Origin: a virus
Strand: one strand, 5' to 3'
IMG/VR virus record: IMGVR_UViG_3300045988_132745
Span: 42,131-106,130 of that record
Length of the DNA stretch: 64,000 nt
A model generated the notes under the pieces. The model was given only the letters and a program-made list of their open reading frames with translations. It had not been told where the DNA came from and made no database searches. The first letter of the stretch is position 1. Each line of letters starts with the position of its first letter. The translations under genes were made by a program, and so were the position numbers. Below are positions 46,308-53,861 of this stretch, piece after piece.

Positions 46308-46337
46308 AAGGCTGCTGTCCTCACGGATAGCAGCCTT
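46308..46337. terminator. bidirectional terminator, conserved-apex family (GUGA on the - strand)
   Basis: aaggctgct-gtcctcacggat-agcagcctt; A-run upstream and T-rich downstream. Confidence 0.7.
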
Positions 46338-46507
46338 TAAGTTTTTAACATTTTAAATACTTTACAGAATATGTATTATTCTAATAAAATACTTGTGCAA
46401 AGGTACATAATTTTCTTTGAATATTATCAGCAAAAGGCACAAAAGGCACTAAATATTCGTGAAATAAGCGGATTGCACGAATTTCGCGAATTATAGGGTC
46501 GTTGGCG

Positions 46508-47284
46508 TTACTTTTTTTGCCATACCCATAATGTCTGAGCGTTCTTCTCGTCGTAGAACCTTATAGTCTCCTTCTCTCTTATGTAGATAAGCGAGCAGGA
46601 ATTTGATTCTGGTGTGAATATATGGTCGAATACAACGTGTCCGTTCTTGGTGGTGCATTCGGTAGTAAAGTTGATGTTCTCGCTTGGTGCGGAGAACGTA
46701 ATCTTTCCTTTCTTTCCTATCTTTATGGTAAATGCTACGCCCTGTCCTCCTTTATACCCCGTAGTTTCCCATGTACCGATAAGTGCGCCGTCGTGATCGG
46801 AAGCGTCGGTGAAGTCCTCGAAAGTGTTGCTGGAGCCGTAACTTGCGTAACTATCCAACGCGTGCGAGTCGCCATTTGGAGCTGTGGCTTCGATTGTCTT
46901 GGTGTTTGTACGCAGTTTGGTGATGGTGAGCGACCTGTAAAGGATGTCGTTCCAGTCGAAGCCTTCGTATGCGCCAGATGTGAATGTGGTGACGAGCTTA
47001 CCGTCTACTACTGCCCACGTGCCGAAGAAGTTCGATTCGGCATAGGTGAGCGACCCCGACGTTACCTTACCGCTGCTCATACACGACACCAGTCGGTTGC
47101 GGTAGAAGCGGTACTCGCTGCGCTTGTTGTTGTCGAGATACCATTTATATCCCGCAACATAATTCTCCACACGTCGTTCACTGATGGTGCCGTCATCGTC
47201 ACCGTCGCTACTACAGCTTGCTACATTCGCGCCCATGGCAAGCAGCATGGCTGACATGAACAAAAAACTGAAAATCTTTTTCAT
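46508..47284 (-). CDS. lipoprotein (lipocalin-like beta-rich), opposite-strand moron
   Basis: Signal plus lipobox MKKIFSFLFMSAMLLAMGANVASC; first - strand gene in the window. Confidence 0.75.
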   Translation of the reverse strand: MKKIFSFLFMSAMLLAMGANVASCSSDGDDDGTISERRVENYVAGYKWYLDNNKRSEYRFYRNRLVSCMSSGKVTSGSLTYAESNFFGTWAVVDGKLVTTFTSGAYEGFDWNDILYRSLTITKLRTNTKTIEATAPNGDSHALDSYASYGSSNTFEDFTDASDHDGALIGTWETTGYKGGQGVAFTIKIGKKGKITFSAPSENINFTTECTTKNGHVVFDHIFTPESNSCSLIYIREKETIRFYDEKNAQTLWVWQKK

Positions 47285-47471
47285 TGTGAATTTATTGTTT
47301 TTAGTTAATAATGTTTTTGTCTAACCGCAGAAAGCGCAGAAGAACGCGGAAAATTCTGTGTTTTTTGCGTAGTCTGCGGTTCTTACCACCACACCTCTAT
47401 GTCCGATGTTTCACGCACGTTTTTGTACCTTTATCCTTGGAAAGTTCGAGGTGTTGGACTGGATACGGAAT

Positions 47472-47515
47472 CAGTGAACAACCAGTAAAGACGCAGTGAA
47501 GACGCAGTAAAGACG
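47472..47515 (+). repeat. 11-bp direct repeats (iteron-like), about 3.6 copies
   Basis: cagtgaacaac cagtaaagacg cagtgaagacg cagtaaagacg in a 355-bp divergent intergenic region. Confidence 0.6.
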
Positions 47516-47639
47516 TTTTAAACCGATTTTCGGTTGTTTCCGGTCATTTTCCGACCGAATGTTTCACGGATTTTCGACTCTCCATCCACCCCACGTTTTC
47601 CATCAAAACAATATCTTAAACTCTTAAATCCATTCAACT

Positions 47640-48080
47640 ATGGCAAGAGTCACTTTCTCCACGGACATTCAGTCCATTTCAGGTAAGTTATGCTCCAAAG
47701 AGGGCGTGATTTACAGTGTAAATCAGCAGACGGGCAAGACCTACCGTTCCGACCGTCACAGTTTTTCTGACCCCAACACCGAGGGACAGCAGACCATCCG
47801 CGCCACCTTCAAAAAGAAGTCGCAGTTTGCCTCGTCTTGGTGGAAGCAGAACCGTCCTGCGGACAAGAACGCCAAGGGTACGGAGGCTTACCTCGCCGTG
47901 ATGAAGGCCTACAAGGCGCAGCACAAAATCGGCAACCCCTACAGCTTCATGCGCTCCCTCGTCACCGACGACCTCAAGGTAGTGCTCTCCGGCAACGACC
48001 TCACGGGAGGCGTGAAGCCTGGTAGCTCCACCACTGAAGGTGGCGGTGGTCAGAAGCCTGGTGGCAGCCTGGATGGCTAA
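47640..48080 (+). CDS. hypothetical basic protein with Gly-rich tail
   Basis: 146-aa ORF. Confidence 0.55.
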   Translation: MARVTFSTDIQSISGKLCSKEGVIYSVNQQTGKTYRSDRHSFSDPNTEGQQTIRATFKKKSQFASSWWKQNRPADKNAKGTEAYLAVMKAYKAQHKIGNPYSFMRSLVTDDLKVVLSGNDLTGGVKPGSSTTEGGGGQKPGGSLDG

Positions 48081-48223
48081 AGGTAGCTAAGCGCAAGAAG
48101 GCTTTGCCCTTCTTCAGATCGTAGGGCTACCCCACGGCTGACTCTTCATTATCTCCCTGGCATGACTCTGAATGAAAGGAGCGTGTCGGGGAGTTTTTTT
48201 TGTATGTTGCTTAAAAGCAAAAA

Positions 48224-48253
48224 AGCACTGCTATCCTCACGGACGGCAGTGCT
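48224..48253 (-). terminator. terminator for the - strand XRE gene, conserved-apex family
   Basis: agcactgc-tatcctcacggacg-gcagtgct; the - strand reads GUGA loop then a U-run. Confidence 0.65.
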
Positions 48254-48294
48254 TACCGAATTAATAACATAGTACAAAATACTACGTCATATCG

Positions 48295-48624
48295 TTATCC
48301 CTCCGCCGTCACGCTTGCACTTATCTTTGCACCACACGAGGGGCAGATGGTTTGTATCTTAAATTCTGACGGATATACATTTTTGTTGCATTGGTCTTCT
48401 GGCGGAAACAACTCGGTTATCTTCACGCCTAATGCTTCGGCTATATCATAGAGATTGCTCAACGACGGATTGCCGTTGATGCGTGCTCCTATCGCAGCCG
48501 ATGTGAGTTTACGGACATTGCCATCCTTATCTTTTGTGGTTAATCTTTCGGCAAGGTCGGGAAGTGTAAGACCTTGCTCCTGCATTATAGCAGTAATGCG
48601 TAGATTATTTCTTCTTTTCTTCAT
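48295..48624 (-). CDS. XRE-family HTH regulator with C-terminal CPxCG motif
   Basis: QGLTLPDLAERL...SAAIGARINGNPSLSNLYDIAEALGV HTH; C-terminus ICPSCGAKI. Confidence 0.8.
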   Translation of the reverse strand: MKKRRNNLRITAIMQEQGLTLPDLAERLTTKDKDGNVRKLTSAAIGARINGNPSLSNLYDIAEALGVKITELFPPEDQCNKNVYPSEFKIQTICPSCGAKISASVTAEG

Positions 48625-48669
48625 AGTGATTCTTGTTCAATATTCTATAAAAGTATTAAAATGTTAGTG

Positions 48670-48677
48670 CAAAGATA
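48670..48677 (-). promoter_or_regulatory. Bacteroidota -7 box on the - strand (caaagata)
   Basis: Reverse complement tatctttg; 46 nt upstream of the XRE start at 48624. Confidence 0.5.
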
Positions 48678-48771
48678 AAAATAAACTTTGTATAAACAAA
48701 GAAAAAGCAATAAAAATATAAATGGATTAAAGTTTTCTTTGTTTTTGTTTGCGCATATCAAAATAAACTTT

Positions 48772-48779
48772 TATCTTTG
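48772..48779 (+). promoter_or_regulatory. Bacteroidota -7 box (TAtcTTTG)
   Basis: 53 nt upstream of ATG 48832. Confidence 0.5.
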
Positions 48780-48831
48780 CAGCGCATTGTAAAACAATAA
48801 TGCACGGATTAATAACTTATAAAATATTGTC

Positions 48832-49017
48832 ATGAAAGAAACAACAGTAAAAATCGAGTTGGGCAAGACTGATTTGCAACTTGCCACCACCGGAGTAATC
48901 AAACAGCTTACACTCAATCCGCCTACTGCCGAGGAATGTGACACCGCATACTATATGGGCGTGCAGGTGCTGTTTGATGTATTGGAGTCTACATTTAAGG
49001 ATAGGGAAAAGGAGTAG
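48832..49017 (+). CDS. small protein, paralog of 57882-58061
   Basis: Shared pattern ...L.L.PP..E......Y..G...LF..L...F. Confidence 0.5.
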   Translation: MKETTVKIELGKTDLQLATTGVIKQLTLNPPTAEECDTAYYMGVQVLFDVLESTFKDREKE

Positions 49018-49020
49018 TGT

Positions 49021-50511
49021 ATGTTATGTAAAGATGATTTGGCGAAACCTAATAGGTGGAGCAATGTTAATCTGACGCAAGAACAATATATAGCCAAAGC
49101 AAGAGCCAAATGGGGCGATGCTTACGACTATTCGGAGAGCGTGTATCTTGCCGGACTGAAGCCTATCACTATTCGTTGTGTCAAGCACAATCGTTATTTT
49201 ACGGTACAGGCAGGAAATCATATTAGTTTGAGCCAAAGAGGTCTTTCCGGTGGTTGTCCGTTGTGTGCACAAGAACGTCTTGCTGAGTATAGAGAAAATA
49301 AACATAAGGAGACTTTGAGAAAAAACAAGCAGAAGAAAAAAGAAAGGCAAGAATCTCGCTTGTCTCCTCATGATGTTTTTCTCAAAAAAGCTAAGGCGAA
49401 ATATCCTCTCTATGACTTTTCGCTTGTGAAATATAAAGGTAGAGAAACTTATGTCACTATTATTTGTCCTGTTCATGGCGAGTTTAAGATTAAGCCTCGC
49501 ACACTTCTGAGAGGAGAAAAAGGCAAAAATCCGCATGGTTGTTGGAAGTGTAACGGGATGGTGCCACCCTATGAGCGAGAGAGCGGAATGGAATATTTTA
49601 AGCGTAAAATGTACGAGCTGTATGGCGATAAATACACCTTTATGTGGAGCGACTTCAAACATAAAAAGTCTCAAATCCGTTTCACTTGTAAACAGCATGG
49701 CGAACAGCACCGCAGCGCACAGGTGTTGTTGGAAGGAAAAGGCTGTGAGTATTGCAATGGCAAGCTTTGGCCTACTGATTGGATAAAAAACGCACGGGCT
49801 GTGCATGGAGATAAATACGAATACGACGAGAGCCGACCGCCAAGAATATTTACTGACCGTATTAGGTACAAATGTCCTGTGCATGGATGGCAGGAGACTC
49901 GTTATGATTGTCATGTACAGCAAGGCTGTGGCTGCGCATTGTGTGCAGGAGTTGTTAATAAGTTGTCTGCTGATGAACGAAAACAAATGTGGATAGAGAA
50001 ATGCAAAGCGCGATTTCCGGGCAAGTATTCGTATCGTGATGTGGTGTATGTCAACAATGATACGCCAGTGAAGATATATTGTAAGGAACATCATCTTACT
50101 TTTGAAACTACACCCGATACGCATCTGAGAGGAGCTGGAGGCTGTCCACTATGCACCAAGTCGGTGGGCGAAGTGCAAATATACAAATGGTTAAGCGAAC
50201 ACGATGTTCCCTTTGAAACTCAAAAAAAATTGCCCAACGAGAATATGTTTTGCAAACGTCAGTATCTCGTTGCCGACTTCTATCTGCCCGACCTTAATCT
50301 GATAATCGAAATGAATGGACTGCAACATTATCAGTATGTAGAGCATTTCAACACTAAGGATTGGACGTTTGAGGATCAGCAGATACGCGACGACACCTTG
50401 CGAGCATATTGCTGCGACCACGGTGTGAATCTGCTTGAAATAAAGTATAATGAGATTGGCCGAATACCTAAAATCCTTGCTAAGGCGATAAAGAAATACG
50501 GCAAGCGATAG
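49021..50511 (+). CDS. five-fold zinc-ribbon repeat protein with C-terminal Vsr/DUF559-like PD-(D/E)XK endonuclease domain
   Basis: Five repeats of the form G.KY.Y...........I...C..HG.F.....HL.G.GCP.C; C-terminus VADFYLPDLNLIIEMNGLQH matches the vDF...l.iE.dG.qH core. Confidence 0.65.
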   Translation: MLCKDDLAKPNRWSNVNLTQEQYIAKARAKWGDAYDYSESVYLAGLKPITIRCVKHNRYFTVQAGNHISLSQRGLSGGCPLCAQERLAEYRENKHKETLRKNKQKKKERQESRLSPHDVFLKKAKAKYPLYDFSLVKYKGRETYVTIICPVHGEFKIKPRTLLRGEKGKNPHGCWKCNGMVPPYERESGMEYFKRKMYELYGDKYTFMWSDFKHKKSQIRFTCKQHGEQHRSAQVLLEGKGCEYCNGKLWPTDWIKNARAVHGDKYEYDESRPPRIFTDRIRYKCPVHGWQETRYDCHVQQGCGCALCAGVVNKLSADERKQMWIEKCKARFPGKYSYRDVVYVNNDTPVKIYCKEHHLTFETTPDTHLRGAGGCPLCTKSVGEVQIYKWLSEHDVPFETQKKLPNENMFCKRQYLVADFYLPDLNLIIEMNGLQHYQYVEHFNTKDWTFEDQQIRDDTLRAYCCDHGVNLLEIKYNEIGRIPKILAKAIKKYGKR

Positions 50512-50538
50512 CCATAGCATGAGGTAGGGCAGAACCTT

Positions 50539-50982
50539 TTACCCTACCCCATTCTTCTCCTCTGCATACCGTGGAATGTTGGTTACGAGAAATGCCGTGG
50601 CGCAGTTGGGGCATACCAATACCTGACGTGCGTTTTGCGGTTCTTGTGCAAAAAGCGGACCTAAACGTTCGCGCTCGGCATACTCCTTCAGTTTCTCAAA
50701 GCTCACCTTCGGCTCTTCGATGATTGAGCCGTCGGGAGCCATGCGATAGAAGAAGTCGCGAGGGTCAACGTCTATTGCCCATGCTATCTTGTAGATAGTG
50801 GACAGCGTAGGGTTGCCAGTAATCATCTGCGACACGGCTGCTTTGGTCACGCCCAGTCGTTCTGCCACTTGCACGGTGGTGAATCCCTTGCGATGGATGG
50901 TCTCCAATATTCTCAGCTCCGTAACGGGAGCGTAAGGCTGAACAACCTTGTGTCCGTCCTTCTTTATCTCAATGTCTACCAT
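50539..50982 (-). CDS. XRE-family HTH regulator with C-terminal CPxC motif
   Basis: GFTTVQVAERLGVTKAAVSQMITGNPTLSTIYKIAWAIDV; C-terminus VCPNCATAF. Confidence 0.8.
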   Translation of the reverse strand: MVDIEIKKDGHKVVQPYAPVTELRILETIHRKGFTTVQVAERLGVTKAAVSQMITGNPTLSTIYKIAWAIDVDPRDFFYRMAPDGSIIEEPKVSFEKLKEYAERERLGPLFAQEPQNARQVLVCPNCATAFLVTNIPRYAEEKNGVG

Positions 50983-51532
50983 ATATATTGTGTTTTGTGT
51001 TGTTTTATAGCGTAAAGTTAAGTTTTTTTGTTTTTATACACAGGACATTGTACTTATTTCGTCAATTTTGTGTAAGTTTAGCCTATTGATTAAGCGTTTT
51101 TAGTATAGGTTGATGTTGTTTTAATGTACTAAAAATGAGCGTTTTAATCTGTTTTGTCCCCAAAATAATCGTTGTAAATCGTATTTCCCGAAAAGTGGCA
51201 GAATGAAGACTGCTACCCTAAAAGCTATGTAAATTTTTAAAGATTAGAGCAAAGTTGTTGATTTGAACGGCTCAGCTTCACAGAGCAGCGTCCGCCTCAC
51301 TGCAACCCGTTGGTTTAGTGTAGGTTAGTCAAGTCTTATCATATATGCTAAGCACACCCCAGGCGGGCGAGGGTGTCCAGCTGGGCACCGAGGGCGCACA
51401 GCTCAGGGCGTGAGGCATTGGCGGTCGGGTGTGCTGTTGTGTGTCGTCGGTGTTTTTTGAAAGGATGCAAGAAAAATAAAAGATAATACGAATAAAAGTA
51501 CTAAAATATTTTGTTTGTACAAATAAAAGTAC

Positions 51533-51540
51533 TACCTTTG
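51533..51540 (+). promoter_or_regulatory. Bacteroidota -7 box (TAccTTTG)
   Basis: 27 nt upstream of ATG 51567. Confidence 0.5.
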
Positions 51541-51566
51541 CAGTGTTCAAATAAAATAAATATAAT

Positions 51567-51704
51567 ATGAAAGAATTAAGATTAACAGAGGTTGAACGCG
51601 AGCTAATAGAGGCAGGGCGCAACTACAAAAGGAGTTACCCGAACGGCGCAACGGAATTGCGCTACTATGTAGAGAGGCTTTTTACTGAATGGCTGGACGA
51701 GTAA
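51567..51704 (+). CDS. small hypothetical protein (45 aa; below the ORF-track cutoff)
   Basis: Hand-read MKELRLTEVERELIEAGRNYKRSYPNGATELRYYVERLFTEWLDE; has its own -7 box. Confidence 0.4.
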   Translation: MKELRLTEVERELIEAGRNYKRSYPNGATELRYYVERLFTEWLDE

Positions 51705-51778
51705 CACGAAATTAAAAAAGAGGGTGCCCACTTCGGCACCCTCCCAGAAAGAAAATATAACTTTTAATATATACTATT

Positions 51779-52036
51779 ATGGCAATAATGATTTTGAAAC
51801 AGACACAGGCGGAGACAATGAAAGCGCAGTTATCCGATCTTTTAATCTCTATTTCTTGGGCTGACTTGGCGAAACGTTATTTTAACCGCTCCGGCTCTTG
51901 GCTTTATCATAAGTTTGACGGTATCGACGGAAACAAAAAGCCTACAGCATTTACAGAGGAGGAGCGCGAACAGTTGCGCGGCGCTCTCGTTGACTTGAGC
52001 GACAGAATACGCCGAGCAGCCGACCGCATACAATAA
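51779..52036 (+). CDS. small hypothetical protein, possibly DNA-binding
   Basis: 85 aa; ...ISWADLAKRYFNRSGSWLYHKF... HTH-like segment. Confidence 0.5.
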   Translation: MAIMILKQTQAETMKAQLSDLLISISWADLAKRYFNRSGSWLYHKFDGIDGNKKPTAFTEEEREQLRGALVDLSDRIRRAADRIQ

Positions 52037-52140
52037 AGCCCCGGCTTTGTATATTTAGCCGTATTTGAACACAAGCCGCCGCAGGGCTGCGGCGCACCAT
52101 TCCCGACAAGGTTTGCACCCTGTCGGGATTTTTTTTGCTT

Positions 52141-52488
52141 TTACTGCTTTGCTCCTCCGCCCTGCTCCAGCCTCTCCACGATGGCGCGGAGCTGCTGCAC
52201 GGTGTCGGCGGTGTAGATCTCACAGCCTACACGCACGACACCCACCAAGCCACCACCGCCAACGCCTGAGCGCTGCGCCCTGGCTTGCTTCAGCTCCTCG
52301 ACGACTGAAGGAGGGGCGAGGAGCTGCCACGGCTCGACATTCAAGGCGGCGGCGATGCGCTCTAAGGTGGGGAACGAGGGGCGCGAGATAGAAGCCGAAA
52401 CACTGGCTTGAGAAACCCCCATTTTGTTTGCTATTTCTTGTTGTGTGATTCCCTTTTGGGATAACATTTCTTTTATATATGATTGCAT
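52141..52488 (-). CDS. XRE-family HTH regulator, paralog of 53399-53683
   Basis: GITQQEIANKMGVSQASVS...PSFPTLERIAAALNVEPWQL. Confidence 0.8.
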   Translation of the reverse strand: MQSYIKEMLSQKGITQQEIANKMGVSQASVSASISRPSFPTLERIAAALNVEPWQLLAPPSVVEELKQARAQRSGVGGGGLVGVVRVGCEIYTADTVQQLRAIVERLEQGGGAKQ

Positions 52489-52514
52489 AAGATTATATTT
52501 ATATTTTGATAGTA

Positions 52515-52522
52515 CAAAGATA
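52515..52522 (-). promoter_or_regulatory. Bacteroidota -7 box on the - strand (caaagata)
   Basis: 27 nt upstream of the start at 52488. Confidence 0.5.
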
Positions 52523-52617
52523 CATATATATATATAATATAAAGATATTCTAATACTAATATATGTTAATTATATGGATTTTCCTATATTTTATTTTGTG
52601 ATATAGAGTTTTCTTTA

Positions 52618-52625
52618 TATCTTTG
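52618..52625 (+). promoter_or_regulatory. Bacteroidota -7 box (TAtcTTTG) inside a duplicated promoter-leader
   Basis: tatatctttgcaagcgtaaacaa is repeated at 53814-53836. Confidence 0.55.
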
Positions 52626-52666
52626 CAAGCGTAAACAAGAAACAAAACAAATAAATACTTTTGATT

Positions 52667-53020
52667 ATGAAAATTTTTAAGAATGAATTAAACGGCGTTA
52701 ATTTTAAAGTAGTTTGTGATGTGTGGCAAACGGCATCATCTTGGGGACATGTTGCCAAACTGTTTGAGAATGATGTAGAAATAGGACGCTATAAAATAAA
52801 TTTTACAAGTTTGTCTATTATTGAAAATTACAGGCTTATAATACAATGTTTAATAAATGAAGTAAAAAAGCGCGCGGAAAAAAAGGCGCTAACTGCTTTT
52901 TTAAAAGCTAAGGGCTACAAGCGTATGACGGCTAACAGGTATTTCGAATTGACTTTTTATTTGCAACATGATAAAAAATACATGTTATATAACGAACTTT
53001 TTAAAATTTATAATTTTTAA
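52667..53020 (+). CDS. hypothetical basic protein
   Basis: ATG 52667 preferred over the TTG at 52661. Confidence 0.55.
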   Translation: MKIFKNELNGVNFKVVCDVWQTASSWGHVAKLFENDVEIGRYKINFTSLSIIENYRLIIQCLINEVKKRAEKKALTAFLKAKGYKRMTANRYFELTFYLQHDKKYMLYNELFKIYNF

Positions 53021-53075
53021 TCCTGGACCGGTTACCGGTCTTTAATACAAATAACAAAACAAAAAATACAAGATT

Positions 53076-53228
53076 ATGAAAGAGAAAATAAAAGATTTCG
53101 GAGAGTTCAACGGTTTTCGCGGTTGCATGGGTTTGTATTTCAATACAAAACAGCTTCGCCCCTTGAAGAAGTACGGTATAACAGCCGCTACAACGTTAGA
53201 AGAAGCATATAACATTATTAACGAATAA
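53076..53228 (+). CDS. small hypothetical protein (50 aa; below the ORF-track cutoff)
   Basis: Hand-read MKEKIKDFGEFNGFRGCMGLYF...; leader aaaacaaaaaatacaagattATG is identical to that of 53862. Confidence 0.4.
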   Translation: MKEKIKDFGEFNGFRGCMGLYFNTKQLRPLKKYGITAATTLEEAYNIINE

Positions 53229-53237
53229 TATAGCAAT

Positions 53238-53447
53238 ATGGATTTTAACGAACTTACAACGATTTCGGGGGCGGTTGTCTTCATCAAACGCCCCGCCCCC
53301 TGGAACTGGCAAGCTATAGACGATAAAGGCGTAATTTGTGCAGCTCCTACAAAAAGAGAGTGCCAGCGCAAAGTAAATGTAATGCGCAAGGCTGGGCGTT
53401 ATTCTCCATCCTTGGATAAATCAACGTGTAAAGGCTTCCCGCAATGA
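53238..53447 (+). CDS. small hypothetical protein
   Basis: 69-aa ORF, convergent overlap with the XRE gene. Confidence 0.4.
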   Translation: MDFNELTTISGAVVFIKRPAPWNWQAIDDKGVICAAPTKRECQRKVNVMRKAGRYSPSLDKSTCKGFPQ

Positions 53448-53683
53448 GGACACACAAGGCGCACGCCTTGCCCCGTCTCTTGCGGTGTGCTGGCTGCAAC
53501 CTCTTCAGGGCTGGCAAAAAGTTGCCACATCGGAATATTAAGCACGGCCGCCCACTTCTCTAACGTGGGATATGATGGCGTTTTGATTTGCTGATACAAA
53601 CCGACTGGAGAGATACCGAGCAGGGCGGCGAACTCCTTTTGCGTAATATTTCGCTCTTTTAGTATTTGCTTTATCCTATTCAT
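53399..53683 (-). CDS. XRE-family HTH regulator with C-terminal CPxCG motif
   Basis: Start moved to MNRIKQILKERNITQKEFAALLGIS because a -7 box lies at 53711-53718; C-terminus VCPHCGKPL. Confidence 0.8.
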   Translation of the reverse strand: MNRIKQILKERNITQKEFAALLGISPVGLYQQIKTPSYPTLEKWAAVLNIPMWQLFASPEEVAASTPQETGQGVRLVCPHCGKPLHVDLSKDGE

Positions 53684-53710
53684 AATATATAATATTAGTA
53701 TTTGGTATTG

Positions 53711-53718
53711 CAAAAGTA
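53711..53718 (-). promoter_or_regulatory. Bacteroidota -7 box on the - strand (caaaagta)
   Basis: Reverse complement tacttttg; 28 nt upstream of ATG 53683. Confidence 0.5.
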
Positions 53719-53815
53719 TATAAAATATTAAAAGTATATAGTATATACTTAGTTAATAAGTATTAAATGTATAGTGTTTTCTATTGTTTTATTTTGTTAT
53801 ACTAAGTATTTACTA

Positions 53816-53823
53816 TATCTTTG
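53816..53823 (+). promoter_or_regulatory. Bacteroidota -7 box (TAtcTTTG), duplicate of the 52618 promoter
   Basis: 39 nt upstream of ATG 53862. Confidence 0.55.
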
Positions 53824-53861
53824 CAAGCGTAAACAAATAATAAAACAAAAAATACAAGATT

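Noticed and set aside
51329-51622. The 97-aa - strand ORF as a gene
   Set aside because: It spans an AT-rich promoter region and the GC-rich structured island, its peptide has implausible composition, and it overlaps the + strand small ORF and its -7 box.
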